Origin: Octopus vulgaris
Lineage: Eukaryota
Assembly: GCA_951406725.2 (NCBI GenBank)
Contig: OX597836.1
Location: forward strand, 44,950,001 to 45,014,000
Direction: 5' to 3'
Length of the DNA stretch: 64,000 nucleotides
Every line of letters begins with the position of its first letter. Position 1 is the first letter of the stretch. The notes below the pieces were generated by a model. It was not told the DNA's origin. It worked only from the letters and a program-made list of their open reading frames with translations, and ran no database searches. A program made the translations under genes and the position numbers. Positions 13,137 through 25,916 of this stretch are shown in pieces.

Positions 13137-13356
13137 CCCTTTCGTTACCAACCCGGCTGAAACCAGCTCTGGTTCTGAGTACAAATGTCTTGTTTTCATA
13201 AGTTTTGAATTAAAATCTTCCATCAAACCTTAGTCACAATTTATGTTGCTAACACAAGCTTAACGATAACCAAGTTATTTTACTAAACTCTTTGTTATAT
13301 TTAAAGTAATTGAAATAAACACAGAGCATCTCAAAATAAATACAGTAATGAAAGGG
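13137..13356. mobile_element. piggyBac-type MITE (TTAA TSD, CCCTTTC termini)
   Basis: ttaa|ccctttcgttac...gtaatgaaaggg|ttaa; an inverted copy lies at 33821-34041. Confidence 0.85.
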
Positions 13357-13414
13357 TTAATGACTAGAATAGAAAAAAAAAACAGAAATAAAATAAAATT
13401 AAATTAAAACATAC

Positions 13415-13579
13415 CTTTGCAGAAACTGTAGCTCGATTAAAATACAACTTTGAGTTTGTGTATTTATTGTGAGGGTCAATTAAAAGAGCTTCTGTGTAGA
13501 CTTTGTAAGCATCTTCTAAGTTGCCCATACGGAAAGCCTGGTTGCCTTCCTCCTTTTTACTCATCATCAACTTGGCTTT
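13415..13579 (-). CDS. DNAJC7: DNAJC7 exon 8 (KAKLMMSKKEEGNQAFRMGNLEDAYKVYTEALLIDPHNKYTNSKLYFNRATVSAK)
   Basis: tgcag| and |gtatgt; 165 nt, phase 0->0; start of the C-terminal TPR group. Confidence 0.95.
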
Positions 13580-14410
13580 CTGCAATAAAAGATATCATAA
13601 ATGACTATATAATTGGGTTACACGGATGAATTACTGCTGATGTACAGAGAATGGCGCAGCAGCTTAAACACACACATCCTAGATCAAAGCTGAGGTGAGT
13701 GAGAAAGAATCACTCACAAACACCAACTCACACTGCTACAACTGTCTCTGGTTCCTTTCAACACCTGCCGATACTTACTTGTACTTGTGGCGACATTCAC
13801 CCTGGGCGGGTTGAGTCGGCTTCTTCTACTTCATGGAAGAAGTTTCGTGGGAATATGTGGATTTCACAAGCGGTCCCCAACAATCCCGCATGTATAGACA
13901 TCCTGTTTGCCACAGATTGTCCATCCCCTCCCCACCATGGTGGGGACGCTGGCAACGGGTAGTGTCAGAGCTATGTCGTCAGGAACTTCGGTTCCTGGTA
14001 GGGCCACCCAAGGCGGACTGGTCTGTCACCGAGTGGTATTAGGGCCACAACCCTGGTGAAAATCCTCAGAGTGACCTGCCTATGAGACTATCTTTTCCTC
14101 AAACTTCCTTAACTGAGTTTCCATCCCAGAGTCCCTGTAAAATATTTCACCTTGTCCTTCCTTCCCAGAATTTCAACACCCTGAAACCCCACTTAAGCCC
14201 CAACCTGCCCATGGTTGTGCTAAACTGCATCATTGCTAACACATCACAGTCATTATCTGTCCTCCCCATAATACTGAGAATTCTTATTCTTCCCTGCTCC
14301 AAGGAGTAGGCTAGAATTGTCACTCAGAAAATCCAAACAATAAAAAAATAAAATTTTTTAGAGAATAAAATATATAAAATCAAAATAACAAGAAAAAAAA
14401 AAAAACTTGC

Positions 14411-14564
14411 CTTATAAAGTTCTTTAGACTTTTGATGATCTGGAACCAACTTTAAGACTTGTTGGAAGTGCTGGAATGCTTTTTCAGTGAAATCTTGGTA
14501 ACAGAGACACATGCCACGTACAAAAAGCGCATCTGCGTTCATATTGTCTCTTTGTAAGACATCA
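14411..14564 (-). CDS. DNAJC7: DNAJC7 exon 7 (DVLQRDNMNADALFVRGMCLCYQDFTEKAFQHFQQVLKLVPDHQKSKELYK), GC donor
   Basis: tacag| acceptor; 154 nt, phase 2->0; ends AAG|GCAAGT (non-canonical GC donor); NADALxVRG motif. Confidence 0.93.
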
Positions 14565-14796
14565 CTGTAAAATACAGTTGGGAATTGTTAATGTATTGAA
14601 ATGGAAACAAATCTATGGGATTGAAAATATTTTACACAAACAGATCAGGATGCAGCTCATGTACACACATGCACACACGTATGACATTTGGTTTTGTGCT
14701 GATTACATCCAACGCAGGATGAAAGAGTTTTGAGAAAAATGTAATACAGCCAACAGAGTTTTTCTCTCTCACACAAAAAAATAGAAATAAAATTAC

Positions 14797-14915
14797 TTTG
14801 CCAATTCATGAGACTCTTGGAGTCGGCCCAACATAGCGAGAGCCTCAGCTTTCTTGATCTTAAACTTCAAACAGTTAGGAGATAAATTTAAGCATCTGTC
14901 AATATAAAATACTGC
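14797..14915 (-). CDS. DNAJC7: DNAJC7 exon 6 (AVFYIDRCLNLSPNCLKFKIKKAEALAMLGRLQESHELA)
   Basis: ttcag| and |gtaatt; 119 nt, phase 0->2; KAExLAMLGR motif. Confidence 0.93.
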
Positions 14916-15639
14916 CTGAAAAACAGAAGAAAAAAGAAAATTTTATTACTTCTTGGTTCAATAAAAGCTTTATGGACTGGAAATTATCATACATCGAATG
15001 TCAAACAATAGGCAAATCTCTTTCAATGATAGTGATTGTCTAAGGTCATTAATTTAATATGGTGCTGCTAAGCGATTAAAATTACATATGACAGTAAGAT
15101 ACAGCCGTGAAAATAATTTTCTGTAACAATACTTTATACAAATACAAAAACTAAAAATTATTGACCTTACAGACAGGAAGAAGAAAAAACTAAATTGGTT
15201 ATTAATGAGGCCGTTTTCAAATTTCCGTCATCATCAGGATGTATCCCAGAGCAAGGAACATAATTCTGTTTAGCTCAGTACAGTTCTGATGACAATTTCC
15301 TCTTCAGAGCTGAGTGATCACAGCTGGAGGATTGCCTGGTTTGGGGATACAAATTGTCAAAACATACTCGTTACTTGTAGTAGTGTCCATTTGGAGCAGA
15401 TGTTTAGCTACAACACACACACACACAATCCTATCAGTGGATTTTCCACTAAGTGCACAAAGCCTGAATTTTGGAGGAAGGGAACTAGTTGATTACAATG
15501 ACCCCAGTATTTCACTGACCAGTAATTTACCGACCCCGAAAGGCAAAGTCAGCCTCGGCAGAATCTGGATTTTCAGAATATAGCAATGGGTGAAATAGCA
15601 CTAACGATTCTGCCAGTTCAGCTACGACTTGCAGGGGAA

Positions 15640-16860
15640 GTAATTAACCGTTTCTTTGTTTTTAAGAGTAAATTATCTGTAGATTAAAATGACATATATA
15701 TTCATGAACTTAATATCTATATCGTCCAAAATTGGTCATTTGTTCTAATCAAGGCACAGTTTATATTTTTCAATAATGTGCAGTCTATTTATTGTACAGC
15801 AGTTCCATTGCATACGTAAATAGGGAAAATTTTGAAGTCTGGTTTGGAGATTCCCTTCACTTCTCTCTATGCTTTCACTTAATGTTATTTATTTGTATCT
15901 TGGTAAAGAGTTCTCTATGCAGTGTTGTTCTCCATCTGAGTGACATACTTGTTTACTGTATATAGTTGTGTCCACATACTGCACAAGTTACGGTGTAGAT
16001 TAAGTTTTTGGATGCACACATAAACACAGTCTTAATCTCTGTCTTTGTTTAAAATATATATAATTCTGAACCTTTCAATATGTTGGGACATGTTCACAGT
16101 TAAGTTGCCTGCATTTTTTAACTCTTGATTCTGTTGTTGCTGGATATCATTTTGCATCTATCAGTATTCTCGTTAGCGATTTTGGTTAGTTTTACTTTTA
16201 ATGAATTTGTGTGCTGAGAATTTGATTCATCTTAAGGACCCTGATGAATATAGGTAAATTTTTGAGGAATAGCATTATATGCCTCATTATTTCTAAGTTT
16301 GTGGGTACAGATACAGACAGAGTAGTATCTTTAAATCGGGTGCGTTATATCGCTTTACTCCTTAGTGCCTGAATATCAATTCTCTTGGCACATTTTATCC
16401 CATCATCTATTACAGTACTTTTCAACATTTTTGCTGGAGCAGAACCCCTAGGAAACATTCGAGGAACCCCTGTGCAATAATTTAATAGTCTTTTGCACAC
16501 ATATCTGCACAGGAGAATTAAAAATTACTGCCAATTTTAGCAGTTTTGTAACTTCTTGCGGAACCCCTGGACTGTACTGGCTGAACCCTAAGGTTCCGCG
16601 GAACCCTGGTTGAAAACCACTGATCTATTAAGTGAAGGTGGGTAATGACTCTTGACAAATATAGTTTTAAGTTGAAGTCATAGATCTCGGGTATTTTTAT
16701 CAGATACTATGGTGGAAATCCTTTTCACTGAATTGAAGGGGATATTTATTTTTAATGTGTTTTGGGTGGCATAAGATGAATAGCAGGCATTGCTTGGGGT
16801 TTGTGCATTTATAATTAGACGTCAGTTTCAATTTAGTTGACTTTTCTAATTAAAATGTTA
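15640..16860 (-). mobile_element. Penelope-like element remnant (GIY-YIG region), interrupted by a MITE
   Basis: Minus strand near 15930-16030 reads FMCASKNLIYTVTCAVCGHNYI...LRWRTTLHRE. Confidence 0.7.
16413..16622. mobile_element. hAT-type MITE (CAGTGGTTTTCAAC TIR), 8-bp TSD atctatta
   Basis: TSD at 16405-16412 and 16623-16630; a second copy lies at 33552-33771. Confidence 0.88.
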
Positions 16861-16867
16861 ATATATA

Positions 16868-17283
16868 GGCGCAGGAGTGGCTGTGTGGTAAGTAGCTTGC
16901 TTACCAACCACATGGTTTCGGGTTCAGTCCCATTGCGTGGCATCTTGGGCAAGGGTCTTCTACTGTAGCCTCAAGCCAACCAAAGCCTTGTGAGTGGATT
17001 TGGTAGACGGAAACTGAAAGAAGCTCATCGTATATATATATACATATATATATATGTGTGTGTATGTTTGTGTGTCTGTGTTTGTCCCCCTAGCATTGCT
17101 TGACAACCGATGCTGGTGTGTTTACATCGCCGTCACTTAGTGGTTCGGCATAAGAAACCGATAGAATAAGTACTGGGCTAACAAAGAATAAGTCCTGGGG
17201 TCGATTTGCTCGACTAAAGGCGGTGCTCCAGCATGGCCGCAGTCAAATGACTGAAACAAGTAAAAGAGTAAAAGAGAGTAAAG
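16868..17283 (+). mobile_element. Full-length SINE family A
   Basis: ggcgcaggagtggctgtgtggtaagtagc...gactgaaacaagtaaaagagta. Confidence 0.9.
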
Positions 17284-18710
17284 AATATATATTCAGTTAT
17301 GAAAGAACCGAGTTAAAGCTGGGCACAATCAGTTGCTATCAGTTAAGTACCTTCCATAACATTCAGCACACCACCCCTTTATCTCTTCAATGCTTCTCCA
17401 TTATTGACCAAAATAGTCTCAATGCTGACAGTGGAGGCTGTAATGTAACCTAACATGAGCAGCATAGACTGAGCAGAGACTCAAGCCTTGGCTGCCTTGT
17501 ATTTTATTCACAGACACACAAATAAACACACAAGCATGTGCTGTTTCTCCAGATTACACCGCATGCCCCATTCCTGCCATACATGCTTTGCACACACACA
17601 CACATATATATATATACATGTATATCACCATCATCTAAATTCTGGTGCCTTCCATGGAATGGTTCAACAAGATCTGACTAATCAGAGGACAGTGTCATCC
17701 TTCAATATCTACTTCGGCACAGTTTCCATGGCCAAATATTCTTCCTAATGCCAACCACCATACCAAGTGTACTGGGTACTTTCTTTGTGGCAACAGCACT
17801 AGTGAAGATCACCTTGCAAGATTAATTTTCAAAGGGCCAAAAATGGCCCCTTATAACAAGTGAAGAATAATAGAGTGAGGATTCTAGAGGAGGTAATTAG
17901 GGAGTGTAAGACGAGAGCAGCAGATTTGTACATGTGGTACATACATATATGCATGTGTATAGGAACGAGTGTGCACACATGATAAACATCCCACAATGCA
18001 TTTGCTGTCCCAATATTGATAACAACTGGATTTTCAATGTAGCAATTGATGAACACAACTTTGATCATAAAAGACAGCAATATTTTCAATGGGGTTAATT
18101 AATGGAATTGCATGTGTACAAATATCTCGTGATTGTCTCCTGACATGTGACCTTCCGTGGATGGCAATAATCACACAATACAGATGAGATCACCTCTGGT
18201 CTCTCTACCATACAGAATTCCAACAATCTGCAAGTTTAAGACATTTCATTATTTAATGGGAAATCTTATTTTTCTCAAAGTGAAAGCTGTTCTTGGCCTC
18301 AGACCATTTAATGTAGCTCCATTCAATGCTACATGTTGCCAATTAACAATGTTAACATTTAGTGACTAAACGGGGGGGAAAAAAATACTCAAGGTTGCAT
18401 GAACCCAGGGAGGTGATCATTGGCAAACTCCACAGAATTATACTATATTAATATATTACATACATCACTAATTATGAACTCTGAAATCCCAGTAAAATAA
18501 AATCTGTATAGATATCCTGTATTCTTTGCCTTTAATATCATAAAGTATAGAAAAAAATATTTCGATTTTGGATTTGGTTTGCAAGATTCTTTATATGAGT
18601 TTGTGTGTTGAAGCATATTCTGTTGTGTCTGGGGAGAGTCATTTTCTTTTTGTGCCTTATTATTTAACACACTCACTGGTAAAATTTCCACTTATTTTCA
18701 ATAGTCAAGA

Positions 18711-18747
18711 CTATTGAAAAGGTTGCAACATGCAACGAAAATTTTAG
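18711..18747 (+). ncRNA. Minimal type I hammerhead-like motif with U3:A8 core
   Basis: cua-UUGAAAA-g-GUUGCA(aca)UGCAAC-GAAA-AUUU-uag; 3-bp stem I and palindromic stem III (AAUU). Confidence 0.45.
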
Positions 18748-20009
18748 AAAATAAAAATAAGAAATAAGTGGAAATTTTACCAGTGAGTGTGTTAAATAAT
18801 AAGGCACTAAAAGAGAATGACTCTCCCCAGACACAAAAGAATAGAAAAAAATGTTTAGTCAAAAATACATTGAGAAAGTTCGCATATCCTCAAAGCTGAA
18901 AACAAATTCGAAAGTAGCCTTTGAAATTTATTGGTGTTGACAGTAAAAGCATTTCTGCTGTGAAGTCAACCAGTACAAAAGGATATGCAATTTACAATGT
19001 AAGCATTCTGTTTAAATATTATCATTATCAAATACCTTTTGTTTTTTTGTTCAATGAAAATGAATAAAATACACACACACAGGGGTGAGTGGACAAAAGG
19101 GGGGAAAAAAACAGCACTCAACACATTGTGTAGGAGTTGCATATATTATTTAAAACAGATTTGGTCCCATGCAACAAAGTTTGGTAGGCACTTTTTACAG
19201 AAACCTAGTTGATCAGGCTCAGTTAGTTCCATTAGAAGAACTACATTATTTCAGAAGCAGAAAGATTTTGTATTTTAGCAGTTTATATTAACATTTTGAA
19301 AACGATAGTATTTATGTATAAGCCTAATTGATTATTTATTATTTTAATCTTCACATTAAATAATCCATACTAAAGTTTGACTGCAAAATTTCCATTGACT
19401 ATATGTCTACCAGTTGTACCAACTTATTATAATCACTATCATAGAAAACTGTATTATCTATCATAATGATCTAAACTGTTAGCTTGAACAATATTCCATC
19501 ATTTCACCCTGAATATGGTGGTGAACAAGGGGGAAAATAGACATCTAGTTTGCACATATATGTTCCCCTAATATGTAGGGGGTAAAAAAGTACTATATAC
19601 ACCAATACTGTATTTAATGATACTCAAAGATTCTTACCTTTGAAAACTTAAATATGGTAGCTGCATTGCAGCATTGGAAAGTAGCAAAAACTGCTACTTG
19701 TAGCCCAATCTCATTATAACCAAACACAAACACAGATATTCAGAATACACTGAATGCCACTATAGAATATGATAGACTGGAATGATTTTTTACCCTACTA
19801 CCTAATCACACACACACACACGAAACATTTCTCAAAAAGGACTCTACATATAGACTGAAGAAAACAAATATTTATCTGTAATAAAAGCATTTTACATATA
19901 TTTTATTATATATAGTTTTTAAAACGACTAGATTGGTTTCTACCATTTAATTTACAAAATAAGTTTTTCTTCATACACAACATTTTAGAAACAAATGGGC
20001 AGTGAATAC

Positions 20010-20330
20010 TAGAAGAAAAACGACCATCTTTGGTTTTAAGACAAAACGTGTTCTTCCATCAGGATAACATTCCAAAGGCTTGGACAGTTTGAATGGGAAA
20101 CGATGTCCCACCCACCATATTCGCCAGACATTGCCCTATTTGATTATCATTTACTCCACTCTTCAAAATCATTTAAACGGAACAAACATGAATTCTGTAG
20201 ACAAGGTCAGAACAATACTGGGAGTATTTTTCGTCACAGACAAGTGCATTTTGGAAGAGGAGTCTTGCAAGTCTACCAGATAGATGGAAGAGCATTGTAG
20301 AAAACGAAGGAGAGTATATTTTAGATTAAA
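20010..20330 (+). mobile_element. mariner transposase C-terminal remnant
   Basis: FFHQDN ... HPPYSPDIALFDYHL ... RW...VENEGEY, with frameshifts; matches the mariner YSPDLAPxD motif. Confidence 0.85.
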
Positions 20331-20928
20331 AAATAACTTAGTTTATTTTTACATTGACATTGCGTGGCAGATGTGGAAGGCCAGATCCAATCAATTTGAA
20401 CATAAAACAAGTAGATTATTTTGGCCGGATGTGGCCAACTTAAATGCTACAGGGTTAATATAAACTGGTGAAATAAAAAAGAACTGATATACAGAGCAGA
20501 AACAAACATGGAACAATGACTAATGACAGTTTTGGTAAAACAGAGACTGGAGAATAATTAGAAATAAAACTTGTAACTATAGAAGGATCTAAAATATATT
20601 TTCTTTATAACTGTAAGGAAGATAATTCGGAAATTTTAATCTAGAAAGGTGAGGTAGTAAACTATAACAATACAGCTATGTTCCCAAGCTTGGGCTAAGT
20701 TCACGCACTGTGGTGATGTGTAAAGACAGAGTTCTTCAGTGACTGTAGACATGGTGACTAGAAGCAGATATTAGGGAAATGAACACTAAAAAATTATGTA
20801 CCCAACAAAATATAGTTCACTTAAGAAACACACAAAACCGTTAGATTCATTTCAACATTTAAATTTAATTTGTCGAAATATTTTCGGCGCTCTGAGACTG
20901 CAACATGTTCACTGACAAAACTTTGTGC

Positions 20929-20975
20929 TGTCAGTGAACAGGTCGCGGTCTTAAAGCGACGAAAATATTTTGACA
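20929..20975 (+). ncRNA. Minimal type I hammerhead-like motif with G3:C8 core
   Basis: UGUCA-GUGAACA-g-GUCGC(ggucuuaaa)GCGAC-GAAA-AUAUUU-UGACA: stem I, stem II and palindromic stem III (AAUAUU) are all present. Confidence 0.55.
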
Positions 20976-21679
20976 AACGAAATTTAAATGTTGAAGTGAA
21001 TCTAATGGTTTTTGTGCGTTTCTTAAATGGCTTATAAACACCTTCCACGCTGCAATTGTTTTCGTTCCAGCACACGATCTCAGATCAAGTCACTCGCTAT
21101 GCAAGTACATCTCCGTAAAAACATAGTTCATATCAGTCATAAAGTAATGTAGTAGAAACAAAGTACTGACATACTAGAAACAAATACATGCAAAATAATG
21201 TAGCAACATGTGAAATAATAATGAAGCAACATACATGAAATAATTTTATATATATGGGAAGTAATAATGAATTTAATATGAAAATGTAGATAGGGTATTA
21301 AAAAGAGGTTATACATGACTAATATTACAGACATGCATGCTTTGGTATGTGTGTGGGGAATGTGCAACCAAAAGGGTATTGCCAACCTGTATTTATAGCA
21401 TGGATTGTGTGAGATTCCAGTTAGTCAACAACAATATATAACACTACACACATTTTACTGAATATATCCCAAAACCTGATCCTTTAAAAATTAACTCATT
21501 GAAACAGAGGGGGGGGGTGGACTTAATAAGAAACTAGATCTCAATGCTGCCTTTCCATAATGGAACATCCAATAGGAAACTGACTAAAATTTTGTAACCA
21601 ATTCATATCTTGTGACCGACCTGACAATCTAGAAGTTAAGAACTATTATGAAATATATGTGTACATACATATGTGTGTA

Positions 21680-21724
<45 letters not shown>

Positions 21725-21792
21725 TGTGTGTGTGTGTGTGTATGTATGTATATATATGTGTGTGTGTGTGTGTATGTATATGTATATATTTT

Positions 21793-22120
21793 TTTGTTTC
21801 AGTCATTTGACTGCGGCCATGCTGGAGCACCGCCTTTAGTTGAATAAATCAACCCCAGGACTTATTCGTTGTAAACCTACTACATATTCTATTGGTCTCT
21901 TTTGCCAAACCGCTAAGTTGCAGGGACGTAAACACTCCAACATTGGTTGTCAAGCGATGGTGGAGGGACAAACACAGACACACACACGACAGGCTTCTTT
22001 CAGTTTCCATCTATCAAATCCACTCACAAGGCTATAGCAGAAGACACTTGCCCAAGGTGTCACGAAGTGGGATTGAACCTGGAACCATGTGGTTGGTAAG
22101 CAAGCTACTTACCACACACA
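21793..22120 (-). mobile_element. SINE family A
   Basis: Matches family A, with an internal deletion. Confidence 0.85.
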
Positions 22121-24599
22121 CACGTGTGTGTATATAGTCCAACCCATGCCAGCATGGAAAGCAGATGTTAAACGATAATGATGATGATATGTGTGTGTGT
22201 GTGTGTGTGCATGAGTGTACTAGCTTAAAAGCTGCCCGATAGAGAGGCTTTTGTGCTAGCTCCTGTGGAGGGACCTTCATTAGGCCTTGGGCCCAACAAT
22301 GACACTTCATGCATTGAGGTATAAATTATATTTTATCAAACTTGAACAATATTTTCAAGCAATGAAAATTTCCACCAAAACAATGATATAATTTGTCAAC
22401 TCGGAATTTATTGCAAAGCTGCATGACAAACACAAACAATACCACCACCATCACCACCACAATTGCCATACACACCATTCAGACTTCTGACGCCACCACC
22501 ATTAATACCTTTGATTTCACCGCCTCCCCACCACCACCACCATCATCACTCCTAACTGCTTCAGCTACCACCAACTACAGCTCACATTATTACTATCAAC
22601 CCATTACTATCAGGGTTCAGTTCCTCTCTCTCTCACATATCCACTCTTTCTTTCTCTCTCTCTCACATCATTACTCCCACTGCCACCATCAACACTACTT
22701 CTTTTAACAAAATAACTCTCCCTAAATTTCTTTCTTTCTCTCTCTCTCTGTCTGTCTCTTCGCCACCACCCTCACCGTCTTTATGCCTACTATTACTCTC
22801 ACCCTAGCACAAGAAATAGTAAAAGTGTCATTGAATAGTGAGAGGAGGAGGGGGGTCAAAGCGTGACACACTGACACACTGAAATTAGTTTTTGCATTTA
22901 TTATATTAGATGTATGTATGTATGTGTATATATATTAAATCTATATAGAAATTTGATTAAAAAACGAATAAAAAAAAAATTTTTGGACTGTTGTATCTAA
23001 GTACTTCACTATATTTAACCCTTTTGTTACCAGATTCTTGTAAAAATACACTGCTTTTGATTCAATTAATTTTGAAATAACTTACAATTTTGTAAAATAA
23101 ACTTAGGTTGGTTTTTGGAACATAAATTAGCATGAAATTGTTAAAGGTAAGAAAGTTTTAATTTAACCCTTCAGTATTTAAATTACTGTCAAATTTAATA
23201 TTAATTAACCCAAATTATTTTCAACTAATCATTTATCATTTCATAGCTTCGAGATTTTGATGATGTTATTGTCTACTTTGGCTGGATATGGTCAGTTTAA
23301 ATGCTGAAGGGTCCAAATCACTTTCAAACATTAAGTTTGTATTATAGAACCCAAGGGGGGATGTCAGTGGGTTAGTATCAAAAGGGTTAATATGTGAACA
23401 TATTTTTACCATATCAATTGGTGTAGCCTCTAAGATTTCCCTAAGTACCTACAGATGCAGCACAATTAATGATATTCGGTAATCTTAGTATAATAGTAAT
23501 ATATAAAATCATTCAGGAAAGAATGACCTTTAATGAGTAACTTTTAATGAGTAGATTTAATAAAAAAAAAAAAAAAGAAAAAACATTTTGGCATGGCAAG
23601 GGTGAAAAATAAATTCCATAAAGTACAATGACTCACCATATGGATGGTTAGAAAATTTAGCAGACATAATAGACTAGATTTCGTCCTGTATGCAGAAACT
23701 TAAGAATAGCTCTGAAGTCAGGCTTTCTTCTAAGTTGATGCCAAGTCGTAGTGAAAAGACCAGCAGCAGTGTAGCACAGTCTCTCAATGAATACCCTAGA
23801 ATTCCAAATGACAACAGCATGAAAAATCAGTCATGAAAACCCACTGATCAGATCTCATTTTCTTAAATGACTGTTTTACTACACTGGTAGATGTCGTGGC
23901 CATACTTGTCACACTAACCAAACAACTAGCAAAGCACCGAACCGACAAGGTGTGCAGTGCATCTAGAGATGGATTCAAAATGACATTTTTTTTTTAGTGT
24001 ATATTTTGTATACTGAAAAAAATAGATTTTTTATGAGTGTCGTTGATGTGAGGATAATGATTAGATGAATGAAGAAGGATTTTAATTTATCACTACAGAT
24101 TGCAGCAATCTATCAAATAACTAAAATAATAATAAATCTAAGAATCAAAGCTGATGTAAGTCAGATGAGGCAGAAAGAGAAAGAGAGACACAATACCTCA
24201 AGTATAATGTAGGAAACAAATTAGTCAAAACTCAAGTGCTTTTTTCAAACTGCAGGATTCTAGAAGATTACGTCTCCTTTGAGACATGGAGGAAACAAAT
24301 GTGATGACAAAAGGGACAAAATAAAATATTTTTCACATGCAAACAACATCAATGGCAAATTCAAAGCAGGCAAACATCTCGTTTTCAAAATGATAGAATT
24401 ATTTCTCTTCCTCAATTACAGTAAATTGATTTACTCTTCAGTCATTGCACTACAGCTGAGAAGGGATATATTATTCAAAGGTGTTTTAGTCAATTATTTC
24501 AACCACGGTACTTAAGTACATATTTTGATGACCTCCGTAAAGATGAAATCGAAGTCAGGAAATATTAGAGAAAACAAGAATTCCAAAAAGACAATCTTC

Positions 24600-25300
24600 T
24601 TTGTAGGAAGGGGTCAAGAGGTGGAGGTTACAATACAGGTGATGAAAGGGTCGAGTGAATGAGCAGTGCCCAAGTGGAAGATAGCTGTGTGAGGGAAAAT
24701 AATCCCTCTAGTAGTCAATCAATCAGAGGTTGGAGCGAATTGGTGAAATGTTATCACACCAAGCAAACAGGTGATCGTTTTCGGGATGAAGTCACCATGC
24801 TCATGTGCATCTCACTTCAGTGTTGTAAAAATCCAGTAGTTGCAGGAGTACTGAAGTATACCCCAGCACTGAAAAGGAGGACCCTAATTTGAGCTAGACC
24901 CAACCAAGACATTCACTTAGGGTGAGGCCTAGCATATGTAATGGCTTTGTGTTGTTGAGACACGGTTAGCATCACACCTTTTCTAATCAGTACAGGTTCG
25001 CATGTGGATGACACTTGGGTGTTGAATTTCAAACATAGCAGCGCAGTTGACAGCAAGACCAAGTAGAACCTTGAGGCATAACTGATAGAATGTAGGGTCT
25101 TTTTAACCCACAGCATATGATGTAATTCTGTGATCTGACAGGAGGCTTGCCATCTAAGATGAAAGTTTGTTGGAGCCAATAGTCTGCCAGTTTTACATGT
25201 AGATTTATGTGCCAGACATTGTCAAATATCTATCACATTTCGCTAAGCTGTGGTAGAGACTGGACATCAGGAAAGAATTCAGAATCATGCAATGAGGAGG
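24600..25300 (-). mobile_element. Highly decayed non-LTR retrotransposon RT C-terminal remnant (CR1/Jockey-like)
   Basis: Minus-strand fragments LQYSCNYW and TNSLQPL resemble the LEYCSxxW/LQPL motifs; many stops. Confidence 0.35.
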
Positions 25301-25878
25301 AATGTTTTTTAAACAGTTGGTCCATATCCCATATTTATTCCTGTATAATACATACTTCTTTTTCCAGGGTTTTTAAACCTAGAAATTAAAGGTACACATT
25401 ATACAACAACTGGATGCCTTTTTTTTTTTTGTTTTTTGTTGTTTTTTTTTAATCACAAATGTAAATTTACACTATATGCCACAAAATTACAAAACACTGG
25501 ATGGAGTATTTTAAAACGCTTTTTCATGCTTTCAAAATTTTAAATGTTTCAATTTAATGTAAAAAAAAAAAAAAATTTATTAAGAAAAGAATTTATATTT
25601 AAATAAAAAAAAACTTGGTTGTTTTTTGCAATAAGCATGCTTTTCAAGAATTTAGAGGGTGAGTTAAAATTATAGAGTTAATAACAGTACCGAGTAGTTG
25701 AAAGAAAATGCTATAAATGACTAAAGCTACTTATCAGCTGATCATATTAAAGAAACATAAAATAGTAGGGTGTGGCTTGAGAGAGATTCTGGCTGCTCTT
25801 TCTAACACACCTAGCTATTGCAAAGGCACCACAAGTGCCTTCTACTATAGCTCTGGAGAGACCAAATTCTCACCGCCA

Positions 25879-25913
<35 letters not shown>

Positions 25914-25916
<3 letters not shown>

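Noticed and set aside
16868-16945. tRNA genes
   Set aside because: The A/B-box segments are SINE heads that continue into repeat bodies; no complete cloverleaf.
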